Assembly: GCA_958420355.1 (NCBI GenBank)
Contig: CATZJG010000004.1
Coordinates: 69,972 to 133,971, forward strand
From: an uncultured Collinsella sp.
Lineage (GTDB): Bacteria > Actinomycetota > Coriobacteriia > Coriobacteriales > Coriobacteriaceae
Direction: 5' to 3'
Length of the DNA: 64,000 bases
The notes beneath the pieces are model-generated. The model was not told the origin of the DNA. It saw nothing but the letters and a program-made list of their open reading frames with translations, and made no database searches. Each line of letters starts with the position of its first letter. Position 1 is the stretch's first letter. Position numbers and translations under genes: made by a program. Positions 34,831 through 44,459 of this stretch are shown piece by piece.

Positions 34831-36174
34831 ATGTTCGACAAAGTGCTCATCGCCAACCGCGGAGAAGTCGCGGTCCGTGTTATCCGCGCGTGCCGCGATA
34901 TGGGCATCAAGACCGTCGCCGTTTATTCCACGGCCGATGCGGACGCGCTGCACGTGCAGCTTGCCGACGAGGCGTATTGCATCGGCGGCCCGCGTCTTGC
35001 CGAGAGCTACCTCAACGACGATGCTGTGCTCACCTGTGCCGTGAAGTCGGGAGCAAAGGCGATCCATCCCGGCTATGGCTTCTTTTCCGAGAAGGCGAGC
35101 TTCGTGCGCGACTGCGACAAGTATGGCCTGACGTTTGTCGGTCCTTCGGCCGAGGTGATCGACAGCATGGGCGATAAGGACGCCGCGCGTCGAACGGCTG
35201 CCGCGGCGGGCGTGCCCATCGTACCGGGCTGCGATTTGCTCAAAAGCCCCGAGGAGGCGACGGCCGAGGCCGAGCGCATTGGCTGCCCCGTGCTTATTAA
35301 GGCGCGTGCAGGTGGCGGCGGTCGCGGCATTCGCAAGGTCGAGCGCGTGGAAGATGCGGCAAAGGCCTTTATTGAAGCACGCGCCGAGGGCGAGGCCGTT
35401 TTTGGCGACGGCGAGTGCTACATGGAGAAGTTCGTCGCGCCGGCGCATCACGTTGAGGTACAGATTATGGCCGATAAGCAGGGCCATGTGTTTTCGCTCG
35501 GCGAGCGCGAGTGCTCGGTGCAGCGTCGCAACCAAAAGCTGATCGAAGAGAGTCCCGCGCCGTGCCTCGACGGACACGACGACATTCGTGTTCGCATGCA
35601 TAAGGCGGCGCGTGACCTGGCTCGTGCCGTCGGCTACGAAGGAGCCGGTACCATCGAATTCCTGTATTCGGACGACGGCAATTTCTACTTTATGGAAATG
35701 AACACGCGCTTGCAGGTGGAGCATCCGGTTACGGAGTTTGTGACCGATACCGACTTGGTCAAGTGGCAGCTGCGCGTGGCAGCCGGCCAACCTCTGCCCT
35801 TTGAGCAGGAGGACATGCCGGTCCGCAACCACGCCATGGAGTGCCGCATCAATGCCGAAACGCCGGACTTTCTGCCGTCATGCGGAACGGTCACCGCGTT
35901 GCGTGTGCCGGGTGGTCCGCGCGTGCGCTGGGATTCCGCCATGTTTACCGGTGCGAAAGTTCCGCCGTACTACGACTCCATGCTTGGCAAGCTCATCGTG
36001 TGTGCGCCCACGCGTGACGGCGCCATTCGCAAGATGCGCTCGGCCCTGGGCGAGCTCGTGATTGAGGGCGTGAGCGAAAACAGCGAGCTTCAGCTCGACG
36101 TGCTGGCAAACGACGAGTTCTTGTCGGGCATGTATCACACCGATCTGATGGGGCATCTCTATGCTGATGAATAG
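34831..36174 (+). CDS. accC: biotin carboxylase
   Basis: MFDKVLIANRGEVAVRVIRACRDMGI, HPGYGFFSE, EMNTRLQVEHPVTE. ATG 34831 is preceded by AAGGAAGG. Confidence 0.95.
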   Translation: MFDKVLIANRGEVAVRVIRACRDMGIKTVAVYSTADADALHVQLADEAYCIGGPRLAESYLNDDAVLTCAVKSGAKAIHPGYGFFSEKASFVRDCDKYGLTFVGPSAEVIDSMGDKDAARRTAAAAGVPIVPGCDLLKSPEEATAEAERIGCPVLIKARAGGGGRGIRKVERVEDAAKAFIEARAEGEAVFGDGECYMEKFVAPAHHVEVQIMADKQGHVFSLGERECSVQRRNQKLIEESPAPCLDGHDDIRVRMHKAARDLARAVGYEGAGTIEFLYSDDGNFYFMEMNTRLQVEHPVTEFVTDTDLVKWQLRVAAGQPLPFEQEDMPVRNHAMECRINAETPDFLPSCGTVTALRVPGGPRVRWDSAMFTGAKVPPYYDSMLGKLIVCAPTRDGAIRKMRSALGELVIEGVSENSELQLDVLANDEFLSGMYHTDLMGHLYADE

Positions 36175-37885
36175 AAAAGCGAAGACGGTCAACGTCCTCG
36201 AGGGACCGATGACCGAGTCGTGCGCCGAGTTTCCCGCGCGCCATGTGTTTATCAAGTGCCCGGAGTGCCGCCGCGTGATCGATGAGGCGCGTCTGCACGA
36301 CAACCTCGAGGTCTGCCCTCGTTGCGGAAAACACTTTCGCGTGAGCGGTCGCGCGCGCATGCGCATGACGGTTGACGAGGGCACGTTTGAGGAATGGGAT
36401 GCCAATCTGGCGTCGGAGGACTTCCTCTCGTTTCCCGGTTATGCCGACAAGCTCAAGAGCGTGAGCGAGCGTTCGGGCGAGCGCGATGCCGTTGTGTGCG
36501 GTAGAGGCAAAATCTGCGGTTGCGATACGGCGCTCTTCTTTATGGACGCCAACTTTATGATGGGCTCGATGGGTTCCGTGGTGGGCGAGAAGATCTGTCG
36601 CACATTTGAGCATGCGACCGAGCTGGGGTTGTCAGTTGTCGGCTTTACCGTTTCGGGCGGTGCGCGCATGCAAGAGGGCGTGACGTCGCTTATGCAGATG
36701 GCCAAGATTTCTGCGGCGGTTAGGCGCCACAGCGAGGCGGGCGGCCTGTATATCACGGTGCTCACCGACCCCACGACCGGAGGCGTAACCGCGAGTTTTG
36801 CCATGGAGGGCGACATTATCCTGGCCGAGCCCGATGCCCTGACGGCATTTGCCGGCCCGCGCGTGATCGAGCAGAACATGCACAAGCGCCTGCCCAAGGG
36901 ATTCCAGCGCTCCGAGTTTTTGCTGGAGCATGGCTTTTGCGATGCCGTTGTTCCGCGTGGCGAGATTGCGCTCACGGTAGGCGAGCTGCTGGCGCTGCAC
37001 GAAGGGCACGCGCCCGGCCTGGGGGCACCGCATGAGATCGTGCATACGGGTCGCCGCGGCAAAAAGTTGGGACACTTGTTCAAGCGCTCGGCCGCACCAA
37101 AAACCGCGCTCGAGATTGTCAAACAGACCCGCTCGGCAGATCGCGCCACGGCAGGCGAGATGATCTCGCTGAGCCTGGATGGATTTGTGGAGCTGCACGG
37201 CGACCGCTACTTTGGCGACGACGCCGCTGTGGTGGCTGGCATTGGCTGGAAAGACGGGCGCCCCGTAACGGTCATCGCCATCGAGCGCGGCACCACGACC
37301 AAAGAGCGCATGCGTCGCAACTTTGGCATGGCACATCCCGAGGGCTACCGCAAAGCGCGTCGCCTTATGCGCCAGGCCGAAAAGTTTGGTCGACCGGTTC
37401 TGTGCCTGGTCGATACTTCGGGCGCGTTTTGCGGCATCGGTGCCGAGGAGCGCGGCCAGGGCGAGGCGATTGCTCAGAATCTCATGGAGATGAGCGGCCT
37501 TAAGACACCGATTGTCTCGGTGGTGACAGGCGAGGGCGGCTCTGGTGGCGCGCTGGCGCTGTCCGTGGCCGACCGCATCCTGATGCTCTCGAGCTCGGCC
37601 TATTCAGTCGTGAGCCCCGAGGCCTGTGCGTCGATCCTGTGGAAGGATACCGAGCGTGCGGATGAGGCCGCCGAGGCGCTTAAGCTCACGGCCCCCGATC
37701 TGCTGGCGCTCGGCATCATCGACGGCATTGTTGACGATAAGGGCCTGTCGCATGAGGAGATCGCCGGTGCCGTCATGTCCTCGGCATTTGATGCCTTCGA
37801 TACGCTTGGGCAGCTCGACGACGCGACCCTCACAAACCTCCGCTACGAAAAGTACCGCGCAATCGGTCGATACCGCACGATGTGA
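36161..37885 (+). CDS. accD: acetyl-CoA carboxylase carboxyltransferase, fused beta-alpha subunits
   Basis: The N-terminal half has the AccD Zn ribbon (CPECRRV...CPRCGKHFRV). The C-terminal half carries AccA motifs (RNFGMAHPEGYRKARRLMRQAEKFGRPVLCLVDTSGA, GEGGSGGALAL). Confidence 0.9.
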   Translation: MLMNRKAKTVNVLEGPMTESCAEFPARHVFIKCPECRRVIDEARLHDNLEVCPRCGKHFRVSGRARMRMTVDEGTFEEWDANLASEDFLSFPGYADKLKSVSERSGERDAVVCGRGKICGCDTALFFMDANFMMGSMGSVVGEKICRTFEHATELGLSVVGFTVSGGARMQEGVTSLMQMAKISAAVRRHSEAGGLYITVLTDPTTGGVTASFAMEGDIILAEPDALTAFAGPRVIEQNMHKRLPKGFQRSEFLLEHGFCDAVVPRGEIALTVGELLALHEGHAPGLGAPHEIVHTGRRGKKLGHLFKRSAAPKTALEIVKQTRSADRATAGEMISLSLDGFVELHGDRYFGDDAAVVAGIGWKDGRPVTVIAIERGTTTKERMRRNFGMAHPEGYRKARRLMRQAEKFGRPVLCLVDTSGAFCGIGAEERGQGEAIAQNLMEMSGLKTPIVSVVTGEGGSGGALALSVADRILMLSSSAYSVVSPEACASILWKDTERADEAAEALKLTAPDLLALGIIDGIVDDKGLSHEEIAGAVMSSAFDAFDTLGQLDDATLTNLRYEKYRAIGRYRTM

Positions 37886-37901
37886 CAAAGGGACAGCCCG
37901 C

Positions 37902-39140
37902 ATGTCATATTGGGAAAGGCGTTCCATGCTACAAGTTTCTAACACCTCGTTTACAACGTCGGTTTCATCAAACGCCATGGCCGTGGTGGACTATCTGTCC
38001 AAAAGCATGATGTCGGCGCTGCCGTTTATTGTCTGCGCGGCGTTGTTCCGCACCGTCGCTGTCATTATGGGCGAAGGCATGCTGGGCCTGTGGTCTGCCG
38101 ATTCCGATATCTATCGCCTGTTCTACAGTTGGCTCTATAACGCCGGCTACTACTTTTTGCCCATTTATCTTGGTTGGGCGGCCGCCCGCCAGCTCGGTTG
38201 CTCGGAGCAGCTGGGCATGATGCTGGGCGGCGTATTGATTGCACCCGATTTACTCAAGCTTGTCGATGCCGCATCGACGACGGGGGCATCGATGACTTCC
38301 GTGTATGGTCTGCTTCCTGCGCCGGTCAACGATTACACGACGACTGTTATTCCGGTTCTCATCTCGGTGCCCGTGCTATGGCGAGTGGAGTGTTTCTTTA
38401 AGCGCGTTATCCCTAAGGACGTGGCGTTTTCGTTCGTTCCGTTTGCGACCATGCTTGTCATGGTTCCGGTTTCGCTGTGTATTACGGCGCCGGCGGGCAG
38501 CTATCTGGGCATGCTGTTGGGCCAGCTTATGTTTATGCTTGGCAATTCCGGTGGCATCGTGTCGCTGCTCACGCTCATGGGGCTTGCTGCGGGCTGGGAG
38601 TTCCTTAAGATCGCGGGCGTCAGCAACGTCGTCCTATCGCTCGCCTATGCGCAGTTTATGAGTGTGGGAACGGATTCGTGCATCCTGATCGCCGCGACGA
38701 TGGCAACGTTCGCCGTTTGGGGCATGCCTTTTGGCGCGTCGCTCCGCGTTGCGGATAAGGACGAGAAGGCGCTCATGCTGGGCTATTCGATCTCGGGCGT
38801 GCTTGGCGGCGTAAGCGAGCCGGCGCTGTACGGTTGCGGCTTTAAATATGGCAGGTGCCTGACGTGCATGGCCATTGGCGGCGCCGTCGGAGGCCTTGTT
38901 GCGGCCGTGGGCCACGTTACGGCCTATACCATCGGCATGACGAATGTCCTTATGGTCATTGGCTTTGCCACGGGCGGCATCTCGAACCTGCTGTGGTGCT
39001 GCGCTGCCGGCGGTGTGGCATTTGCGGTGTCTGCGGCGCTGAGCTACTGCTTTGGCGTGGTGCCGGCGAAGGGACAGACGACGGGGGACGGAGCCGATTC
39101 ACCCGAAACCTCGAAGAGCGTGGCCGAAGTAAGCGCGTAA
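37902..39140 (+). CDS. PTS EIIC-type permease (glucose/beta-glucoside superfamily-like), no EIIB or EIIA domain seen
   Basis: Polytopic. FLPIYLGWAAARQLGCSEQLGMMLGGVLIAPDL resembles the conserved EIIC segment. The start is uncertain (ATG 37902, 37926 or 37977, none with a clear RBS). Confidence 0.65.
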   Translation: MSYWERRSMLQVSNTSFTTSVSSNAMAVVDYLSKSMMSALPFIVCAALFRTVAVIMGEGMLGLWSADSDIYRLFYSWLYNAGYYFLPIYLGWAAARQLGCSEQLGMMLGGVLIAPDLLKLVDAASTTGASMTSVYGLLPAPVNDYTTTVIPVLISVPVLWRVECFFKRVIPKDVAFSFVPFATMLVMVPVSLCITAPAGSYLGMLLGQLMFMLGNSGGIVSLLTLMGLAAGWEFLKIAGVSNVVLSLAYAQFMSVGTDSCILIAATMATFAVWGMPFGASLRVADKDEKALMLGYSISGVLGGVSEPALYGCGFKYGRCLTCMAIGGAVGGLVAAVGHVTAYTIGMTNVLMVIGFATGGISNLLWCCAAGGVAFAVSAALSYCFGVVPAKGQTTGDGADSPETSKSVAEVSA

Positions 39141-39178
39141 ACCTGTGCGACACAAGGACGATTCCTTTGCCATATTCC

Positions 39179-39212
39179 AAGGCCGTGGCCCGTGTGGGTT
39201 GCGGCCTTTTTT
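39179..39212 (+). terminator. Rho-independent terminator after the EIIC gene
   Basis: AAGGCCG pairs with CGGCCTT, followed by TTTT. Confidence 0.65.
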
Positions 39213-39291
39213 GTATCTGGGGGACAAAGTGGCTACACTACAATCCGTTTGAGCAATAGATATATAGGTAGTACCGTGGGGGCGGATGTAG

Positions 39292-40446
39292 ATGGTCGAG
39301 TGGATTGTTAAGCGTGCGCAGGGCGACCGTGCGCGCGTGGGCACGTTGACGGGCGTGGTGTGTATTCTCGCCAATGTGGCACTATGCGCTGCGAAGGGCG
39401 TAATTGGCGTGCTGTCGGGATCGGTTTCGATTGTGGCGGATGCCATGAACAACCTGTCCGATGCCAGCTCGAATATCGTGAGCGTGCTGGGCTTTAAGCT
39501 GGCGAGCAAGCCGGCCGACCCCGAGCATCCTTACGGCCACGGTCGCTACGAGTATCTCTCGGGTTTGGTCGTGGCGGCGCTCGTGCTGCTTATTGGCATC
39601 GAACTGGTGAAGTCCTCGGTGGAGCGTATTGTCAACCCGGAGCCTGTCGAGTTCTCGCTTGCCCTGGTGGCAGTCCTGGCACTTTCGATGGTTGTAAAGC
39701 TGTGGATGGCGGCCCTCAACCAAAAGCTCGGCGATCGCATTGAGTCCGAGACGCTGCATGCGACCGCGCAGGATTCCAAGAACGATGTCCTTGCTACAGG
39801 CGCCGTGTTGGCGTGCGCAATTGTTTCGCAGGTGACGCACATCAATCTTGACGCATGGGTCGGCCTTGCCGTTGGCGCCTATATTGGCTGGAGCGGTTTT
39901 GAGCTCATCCAGGATACGGTGAGCCCGCTTTTGGGCCAGTCGCCCGATCCTAAGCTGGTCAAGCACATTCGAGACAAGATCATGAGCTACCCCGGCGTTT
40001 TGGGCGTTCACGATCTGATGGTTCACGACTACGGCCCGGGCAGGAAGTTCGCAAGCGCTCACGCTGAGATGGCAGCCGAGGCCAGCCCGATGGAAAGTCA
40101 CGACACGCTCGATAACATCGAGCAGTCGTTTAGGGACGAGGACGGCATGATCGTCACGCTTCACTACGACCCCATCGTGACCGACGATCCAAAGGTGGCG
40201 AGCATGCGCTTGCGCATTCACGTCATGGCCCAGGAGATCGATAGCCGCCTCTCGATTCATGACCTGCGCTGTGTGCCGGGTCCTACGCACACCAACGTGA
40301 TCTTTGACTGCGTGCGTCCCTCGGATCTGCAGATGAGTGCCGAAGACGTAAAGCACGCGCTGGCACAACGGGTCGAATCGGAATATCCCAAGTCGATTGC
40401 CAAGATTACGATCGACGAAGACTACGTAGGACATACCCACGAGTAA
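39292..40446 (+). CDS. cation diffusion facilitator family transporter
   Basis: SGSVSIVADAMNNLSDASSNIV, DPEHPYGHGRYEY, and a C-terminal cytoplasmic domain (VHDLMVHDYGPGR). Confidence 0.9.
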   Translation: MVEWIVKRAQGDRARVGTLTGVVCILANVALCAAKGVIGVLSGSVSIVADAMNNLSDASSNIVSVLGFKLASKPADPEHPYGHGRYEYLSGLVVAALVLLIGIELVKSSVERIVNPEPVEFSLALVAVLALSMVVKLWMAALNQKLGDRIESETLHATAQDSKNDVLATGAVLACAIVSQVTHINLDAWVGLAVGAYIGWSGFELIQDTVSPLLGQSPDPKLVKHIRDKIMSYPGVLGVHDLMVHDYGPGRKFASAHAEMAAEASPMESHDTLDNIEQSFRDEDGMIVTLHYDPIVTDDPKVASMRLRIHVMAQEIDSRLSIHDLRCVPGPTHTNVIFDCVRPSDLQMSAEDVKHALAQRVESEYPKSIAKITIDEDYVGHTHE

Positions 40447-40485
40447 GGCTGTGCCGGCAAAGCAGGTTATGCAGAAGGGGAGAGC

Positions 40486-41112
40486 ATGAAGAAGCTGTAT
40501 CTACTCCGCCACGGCCAGACGGAGTTCAACGTCAAAAAGCTGGTCCAGGGCCGCTGCGATTCACCGCTGACCGACCTGGGCCGCAAACAAGCGGGAATGG
40601 CAGCCGCATGGCTCAAGAGCCACGACGTTGTCCCCGACAAAGTGGTCTCTTCGCCCTTAGGCCGAGCCATGGACACAGCTCAGCTCGTCGCATGCGAGCT
40701 CCTCGGCCCGGACGCAGCAGCCGAGCCCTGCGAAGGCATCATCGAGCGCTGCTACGGCACCTTCGAAGAAGGCCCGCACGACGCTCTGCCCACCGACGTC
40801 TGGGATCCGGGCGAGGACCTGGTCCCCTTCGGAGGAGAAGGAAGCCAGGCGCTGCAAGAACGTATGGTGGACGCCCTTACCAATCTCATGAGCTCCGAGG
40901 GCATCGAAACCCTCCTAGCAGTAAGCCACGGCAGCGCTAGCCGCCAATTCATCAAGGCTGCAGCCCCAGAGGGCTTCGAGCTCCCAACAAAACTCCCCAA
41001 CTGCGCCATCATGATTTTCGATTTCGATGAGGCAAAGCCACAAGCAGAAGGCGAGCCAATGAATTGCAAGTTCACCCTTCAGCAAATAGTGGACCCTCAA
41101 CAAAGTAATTAG
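40486..41112 (+). CDS. histidine phosphatase (phosphoglycerate-mutase superfamily)
   Basis: LYLLRHGQTEFN (RHG motif), SPLGRA, and a VSHG second histidine motif. Confidence 0.85.
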   Translation: MKKLYLLRHGQTEFNVKKLVQGRCDSPLTDLGRKQAGMAAAWLKSHDVVPDKVVSSPLGRAMDTAQLVACELLGPDAAAEPCEGIIERCYGTFEEGPHDALPTDVWDPGEDLVPFGGEGSQALQERMVDALTNLMSSEGIETLLAVSHGSASRQFIKAAAPEGFELPTKLPNCAIMIFDFDEAKPQAEGEPMNCKFTLQQIVDPQQSN

Positions 41113-41157
41113 CTGAGCGAGCAGAGTTAAGCAGACATCAAGGTGCCGTCTCCCGAG

Positions 41158-41292
41158 CTTGGCAGAGGGGCGGCGAAATATATTAAGTTTGTCGCGAGTT
41201 CCGCACGCAAAGGAAAGCACTTAATGTGCTTTCCGTCTTGCGCAGGACTGTAGAGCAGCAAACTTAATATATTTCGCCGCCCCTCTGCCAAG
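41158..41292. repeat. nested palindromic element copy C (perfect 25-bp arms; TTAA-77 bp core-TTAA at 41183-41267)
   Basis: The core is identical to copies A and B. The arms CTTGGCAGAGGGGCGGCGAAATATA / TATATTTCGCCGCCCCTCTGCCAAG are unrelated to the A/B arms. Confidence 0.85.
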
Positions 41293-41560
41293 CCCAGGCG
41301 ACTCCACGCACTTTACCTGCGTAAACAATGTGAGTGAAATATGAATCTCGATGGATACGCCCGCAGCCGTGTATACTAAACAGCTGTGTGTAACCAGGGG
41401 AGTATTCTGGCTGGACAAAATGCCTGCTTAATAGGGTTGTCAGGTAGTCCGGGCGAAATACAAGGCTGGGGAGCACGTCGTGTAAGTAGTGGTCCTCTAG
41501 GGGCGTACGCTCGGTGGTGTACGCATTGTCCCAAGACCACGCGAGAGTTGGGATCATATC

Positions 41561-42181
41561 TTGATCAGCATGATTCTCGGCCGCAAGATTGGCATGACCC
41601 AGGTTTGGGACGAGGACGACAACGTCGTTCCCGTCACGGTCATCCAGGCTGGCCCCTGCGCTGTCTCGCAGGTTAAAACTCAGGCAACCGACGGCTATGA
41701 CGCCGTCCAGATCGGTTTCGGCGACATCAAGGCCAAGAACGTGAACAAGCCCATGGCTGGTCACTTCGCCAAGGCTGGCGTCGAGCCTGTCCGCTTCCTT
41801 CGTGAGGTCCGCGTCGAGAACGGCGAGGAGCACAAGGTCGGCGAGGTCGTCACCGTCGCTGATTTCGCTGATGTCGAGAAGGTCGACGTCATCGGTACCT
41901 CCAAGGGTAAGGGCTTCCAGGGTCGCATCAAGCGCTGGGGTCAGCGCCGCGGTCCTATGACGCATGGTTCTCACTTCCAGCGTCACCCCGGTTCTATCGG
42001 TCAGTGCGCCTATCCTGCGCGCGTCCTCAAGGGCGTCAAGATGGCCGGTCACATGGGTAACGAGCGCGTTACCGTCAAGAACCTTTCCGTTGTCCGCATC
42101 GATGCCGAGCAGAACCTCATCTTGGTCAAGGGCGCTGTCCCGGGTGCCAAGAATGGTCTCGTCGCCATCCGTATGGCCTAA
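41561..42181 (+). CDS. rplC: 50S ribosomal protein L3
   Basis: [14 protein letters not shown] and [12 protein letters not shown]. The start is TTG 41561 or ATG 41570. Confidence 0.95.
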   Translation: MISMILGRKIGMTQVWDEDDNVVPVTVIQAGPCAVSQVKTQATDGYDAVQIGFGDIKAKNVNKPMAGHFAKAGVEPVRFLREVRVENGEEHKVGEVVTVADFADVEKVDVIGTSKGKGFQGRIKRWGQRRGPMTHGSHFQRHPGSIGQCAYPARVLKGVKMAGHMGNERVTVKNLSVVRIDAEQNLILVKGAVPGAKNGLVAIRMA

Positions 42182-42227
42182 GGGCCCAGCCCATTTAGCC
42201 CAGCGTCATACCAAGGAGAACACTTAA

Positions 42228-42854
42228 ATGGCAAAGTTTGAAGTAAAGAACAGCGAGGGCAAGAAGGTCGCCGAGGCCGAGCTCGCCGCTGAGGTGTACG
42301 GCATCGAGCCGAACATCCACGTTATGCACCACATCGTCAAGTGCCAGATGGCCTCTTGGCGTCAGGGCACCCAGTCCGCTAAGGGCCGCTCTGAGGTTTC
42401 CGGTGGCGGCAAGAAGCCTTGGCGTCAGAAGGGCACCGGCCGTGCCCGCCAGGGTTCCATCCGTGCTGCCCAGTGGCGTCACGGTGGCGTCGTCTTCGCC
42501 CCCAAGCCCCGTTCCTACGCTAAGCGTATGAACAACAAGGAGGTCAAGCTGGCTATGCGCTCCGCGCTGTCCGCCAAGCTGGCCGATGGCGAGCTCGTGC
42601 TCGTCGACGACTACGGCTTCGAGAAGCCTTCCACCAAGGCTGCCGTCGCCATGCTCAAGGCTCTCGGCCTTGAGGGCAAGCGTCTGACCATCATCGTTCG
42701 CGATGAGGACGTCAACGCCTACCTGTCGTTCCGCAACATTCCCAAGACGTTCATCATCACCGCTGACGAGGCCAACACCTACGATCTCGTCAACAACAAC
42801 GCCGTGCTGATGCCCGCCGACATCGCCGCTCACTTCGGGGAGGTGCTTGCATAA
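42228..42854 (+). CDS. rplD: 50S ribosomal protein L4
   Basis: GGGKKPWRQKGTGRARQGSIRAAQWRHGG. Confidence 0.95.
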   Translation: MAKFEVKNSEGKKVAEAELAAEVYGIEPNIHVMHHIVKCQMASWRQGTQSAKGRSEVSGGGKKPWRQKGTGRARQGSIRAAQWRHGGVVFAPKPRSYAKRMNNKEVKLAMRSALSAKLADGELVLVDDYGFEKPSTKAAVAMLKALGLEGKRLTIIVRDEDVNAYLSFRNIPKTFIITADEANTYDLVNNNAVLMPADIAAHFGEVLA

Positions 42855-43142
42855 ATGACCGCCCACGAGATCATCATCCGTCCGATCGTGTCCGAGCGTT
42901 CCTTCTCCGGCATGGAGCTGAACAAGTACACGTTCGAGGTCGCCAAGGATGCTAACAAGTATCAGATCAAGGACGCTGTCGAGGAGATCTTCGGCGTCAA
43001 GGTCGTTCGCGTGAACACCCTGACGGTCAAGCCCAAGACCAAGCGCGTGCGCTATGTCGCCGGCAAGACCCGTTCTTGGAAGAAGGCCATCGTCACGCTG
43101 GCCGAGGGCGACACCATCGAGGTCTTTGGCAACCAGGCCTAA
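42855..43142 (+). CDS. rplW: 50S ribosomal protein L23
   Basis: IIRPIVSERS, KYTFEVAKDANKYQIKDAVEEIFGVKV, KKAIVTL. Confidence 0.95.
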   Translation: MTAHEIIIRPIVSERSFSGMELNKYTFEVAKDANKYQIKDAVEEIFGVKVVRVNTLTVKPKTKRVRYVAGKTRSWKKAIVTLAEGDTIEVFGNQA

Positions 43143-43160
43143 GACTCGCTGCTGTTGAGT

Positions 43161-43204
43161 GAGCTCATGCCTCCCAAATAGGGGAGGCGGGAGCTCAAGG
43201 TTTT
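43161..43204 (+). terminator. terminator-like hairpin inside the rplW-rplB spacer
   Basis: GAGCTCATGCCTCCC pairs with GGGGAGGCGGGAGCTC, followed by AAGGTTTT. Confidence 0.45.
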
Positions 43205-43321
43205 GGGCGTATAAAATGGACACGCCCGGAACCGTGTATACGTCCGGTGTCATCGCACCCGAGGCAGAACCTCGAATCCCTGTCTGCGATGGCTAACGGA
43301 TTCCTATTGAAAGGGATTGTA

Positions 43322-44152
43322 ATGGCTGTAAAGCACCTTAAGCCGACCTCCGCTGGTAGGCGTTGGCAGACGATCTCCGACTTCTCCGAGATCACCTGCA
43401 CCAAGCCCGAGAAGTCTCTTCTCGAGCCCCTGCCCAAGAAGGCCGGTCGTAACAACAACGGCCGCATCACCACCCGCCACCAGGGCGGCGGCGTGAAGCG
43501 TCGTTACCGCGTGATCGACTTCAAGCGCAACAAGGACGGCGTGCCCGCCAAGGTTGCCACGATCGAGTACGATCCGAACCGTTCCGCTCGCATCGCTCTG
43601 CTGCACTACGCTGACGGTGAGAAGCGCTACATCCTGGCCCCCAAGGGCCTCGAGGTCGGTCAGACCATCATGTCCGGTTCTGACGCCGACATCAAGCCGG
43701 GCAACGCTCTGCCCCTCGCCGACATCCCCGTCGGTACGCTCATCCACGCCGTCGAGTTCCAGCCGGGCAAGGGCGCTGCTATCGCCCGTTCCGCCGGTAA
43801 CTCTTGCCAGCTGATGGGTAAGGAGGGCAAGTACGCTATCGTCCGTATGCCTTCCTCCGAGATGCGCCGCATCCTCGTTACCTGCCGCGCCACCGTCGGT
43901 GAGGTCGGCAACGCCGATCACTCCAACATCGTCATCGGCAAGGCCGGCCGTAAGCGTCACATGAACGTTCGCCCGACCGTCCGCGGTACCGTCATGAACC
44001 CTGTCGACCACCCGCACGGCGGTGGCGAGGGCAAGAACCACACCTCTGGTCGTCCCTCTGTTACCCCCTGGGGTAAGCCGACGAAGGGCCTTCGTACGCG
44101 CAAGAAGAAGAAGGTCTCGAACCAGCACATCATTCGTCGCCGTAAGAAGTAA
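43322..44152 (+). CDS. rplB: 50S ribosomal protein L2
   Basis: [38 protein letters not shown]. The start is ATG 43322. Confidence 0.97.
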   Translation: MAVKHLKPTSAGRRWQTISDFSEITCTKPEKSLLEPLPKKAGRNNNGRITTRHQGGGVKRRYRVIDFKRNKDGVPAKVATIEYDPNRSARIALLHYADGEKRYILAPKGLEVGQTIMSGSDADIKPGNALPLADIPVGTLIHAVEFQPGKGAAIARSAGNSCQLMGKEGKYAIVRMPSSEMRRILVTCRATVGEVGNADHSNIVIGKAGRKRHMNVRPTVRGTVMNPVDHPHGGGEGKNHTSGRPSVTPWGKPTKGLRTRKKKKVSNQHIIRRRKK

Positions 44153-44184
44153 TTTCGGATACCGAGTTTTAGGAGAAAGCACTT

Positions 44185-44445
44185 ATGAGCAGAAGTCTCA
44201 AAAAGGGCCCGTTCGTGGAGACTCGCCTTCTCTCGCGTATCACCGCGATGAACGAGGCTGGCAAGAAGGACGTCGTGAAGACCTGGTCCCGCGCGTCCAC
44301 CATCTTCCCCGAGATGGTTGGTCACACCATCGCCGTCCACGACGGCCGCAAGCATGTGCCCGTGTATGTTACCGAGTCCATGGTTGGTCACAAGCTCGGC
44401 GAGTTCGCGCCGACTCGTACGTTCCGTGGCCACAAGGCCAAATAG
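44185..44445 (+). CDS. rpsS: 30S ribosomal protein S19
   Basis: [39 protein letters not shown]. Confidence 0.97.
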   Translation: MSRSLKKGPFVETRLLSRITAMNEAGKKDVVKTWSRASTIFPEMVGHTIAVHDGRKHVPVYVTESMVGHKLGEFAPTRTFRGHKAK

Positions 44446-44459
44446 GGGGTTAACCGTAA

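Noticed and set aside
32904-34910. 668-aa minus-strand ORF across fabF/accB/fabZ
   Set aside because: It lies antisense to the conserved fab/acc genes and has an Arg/Ala/Gly-rich composition.
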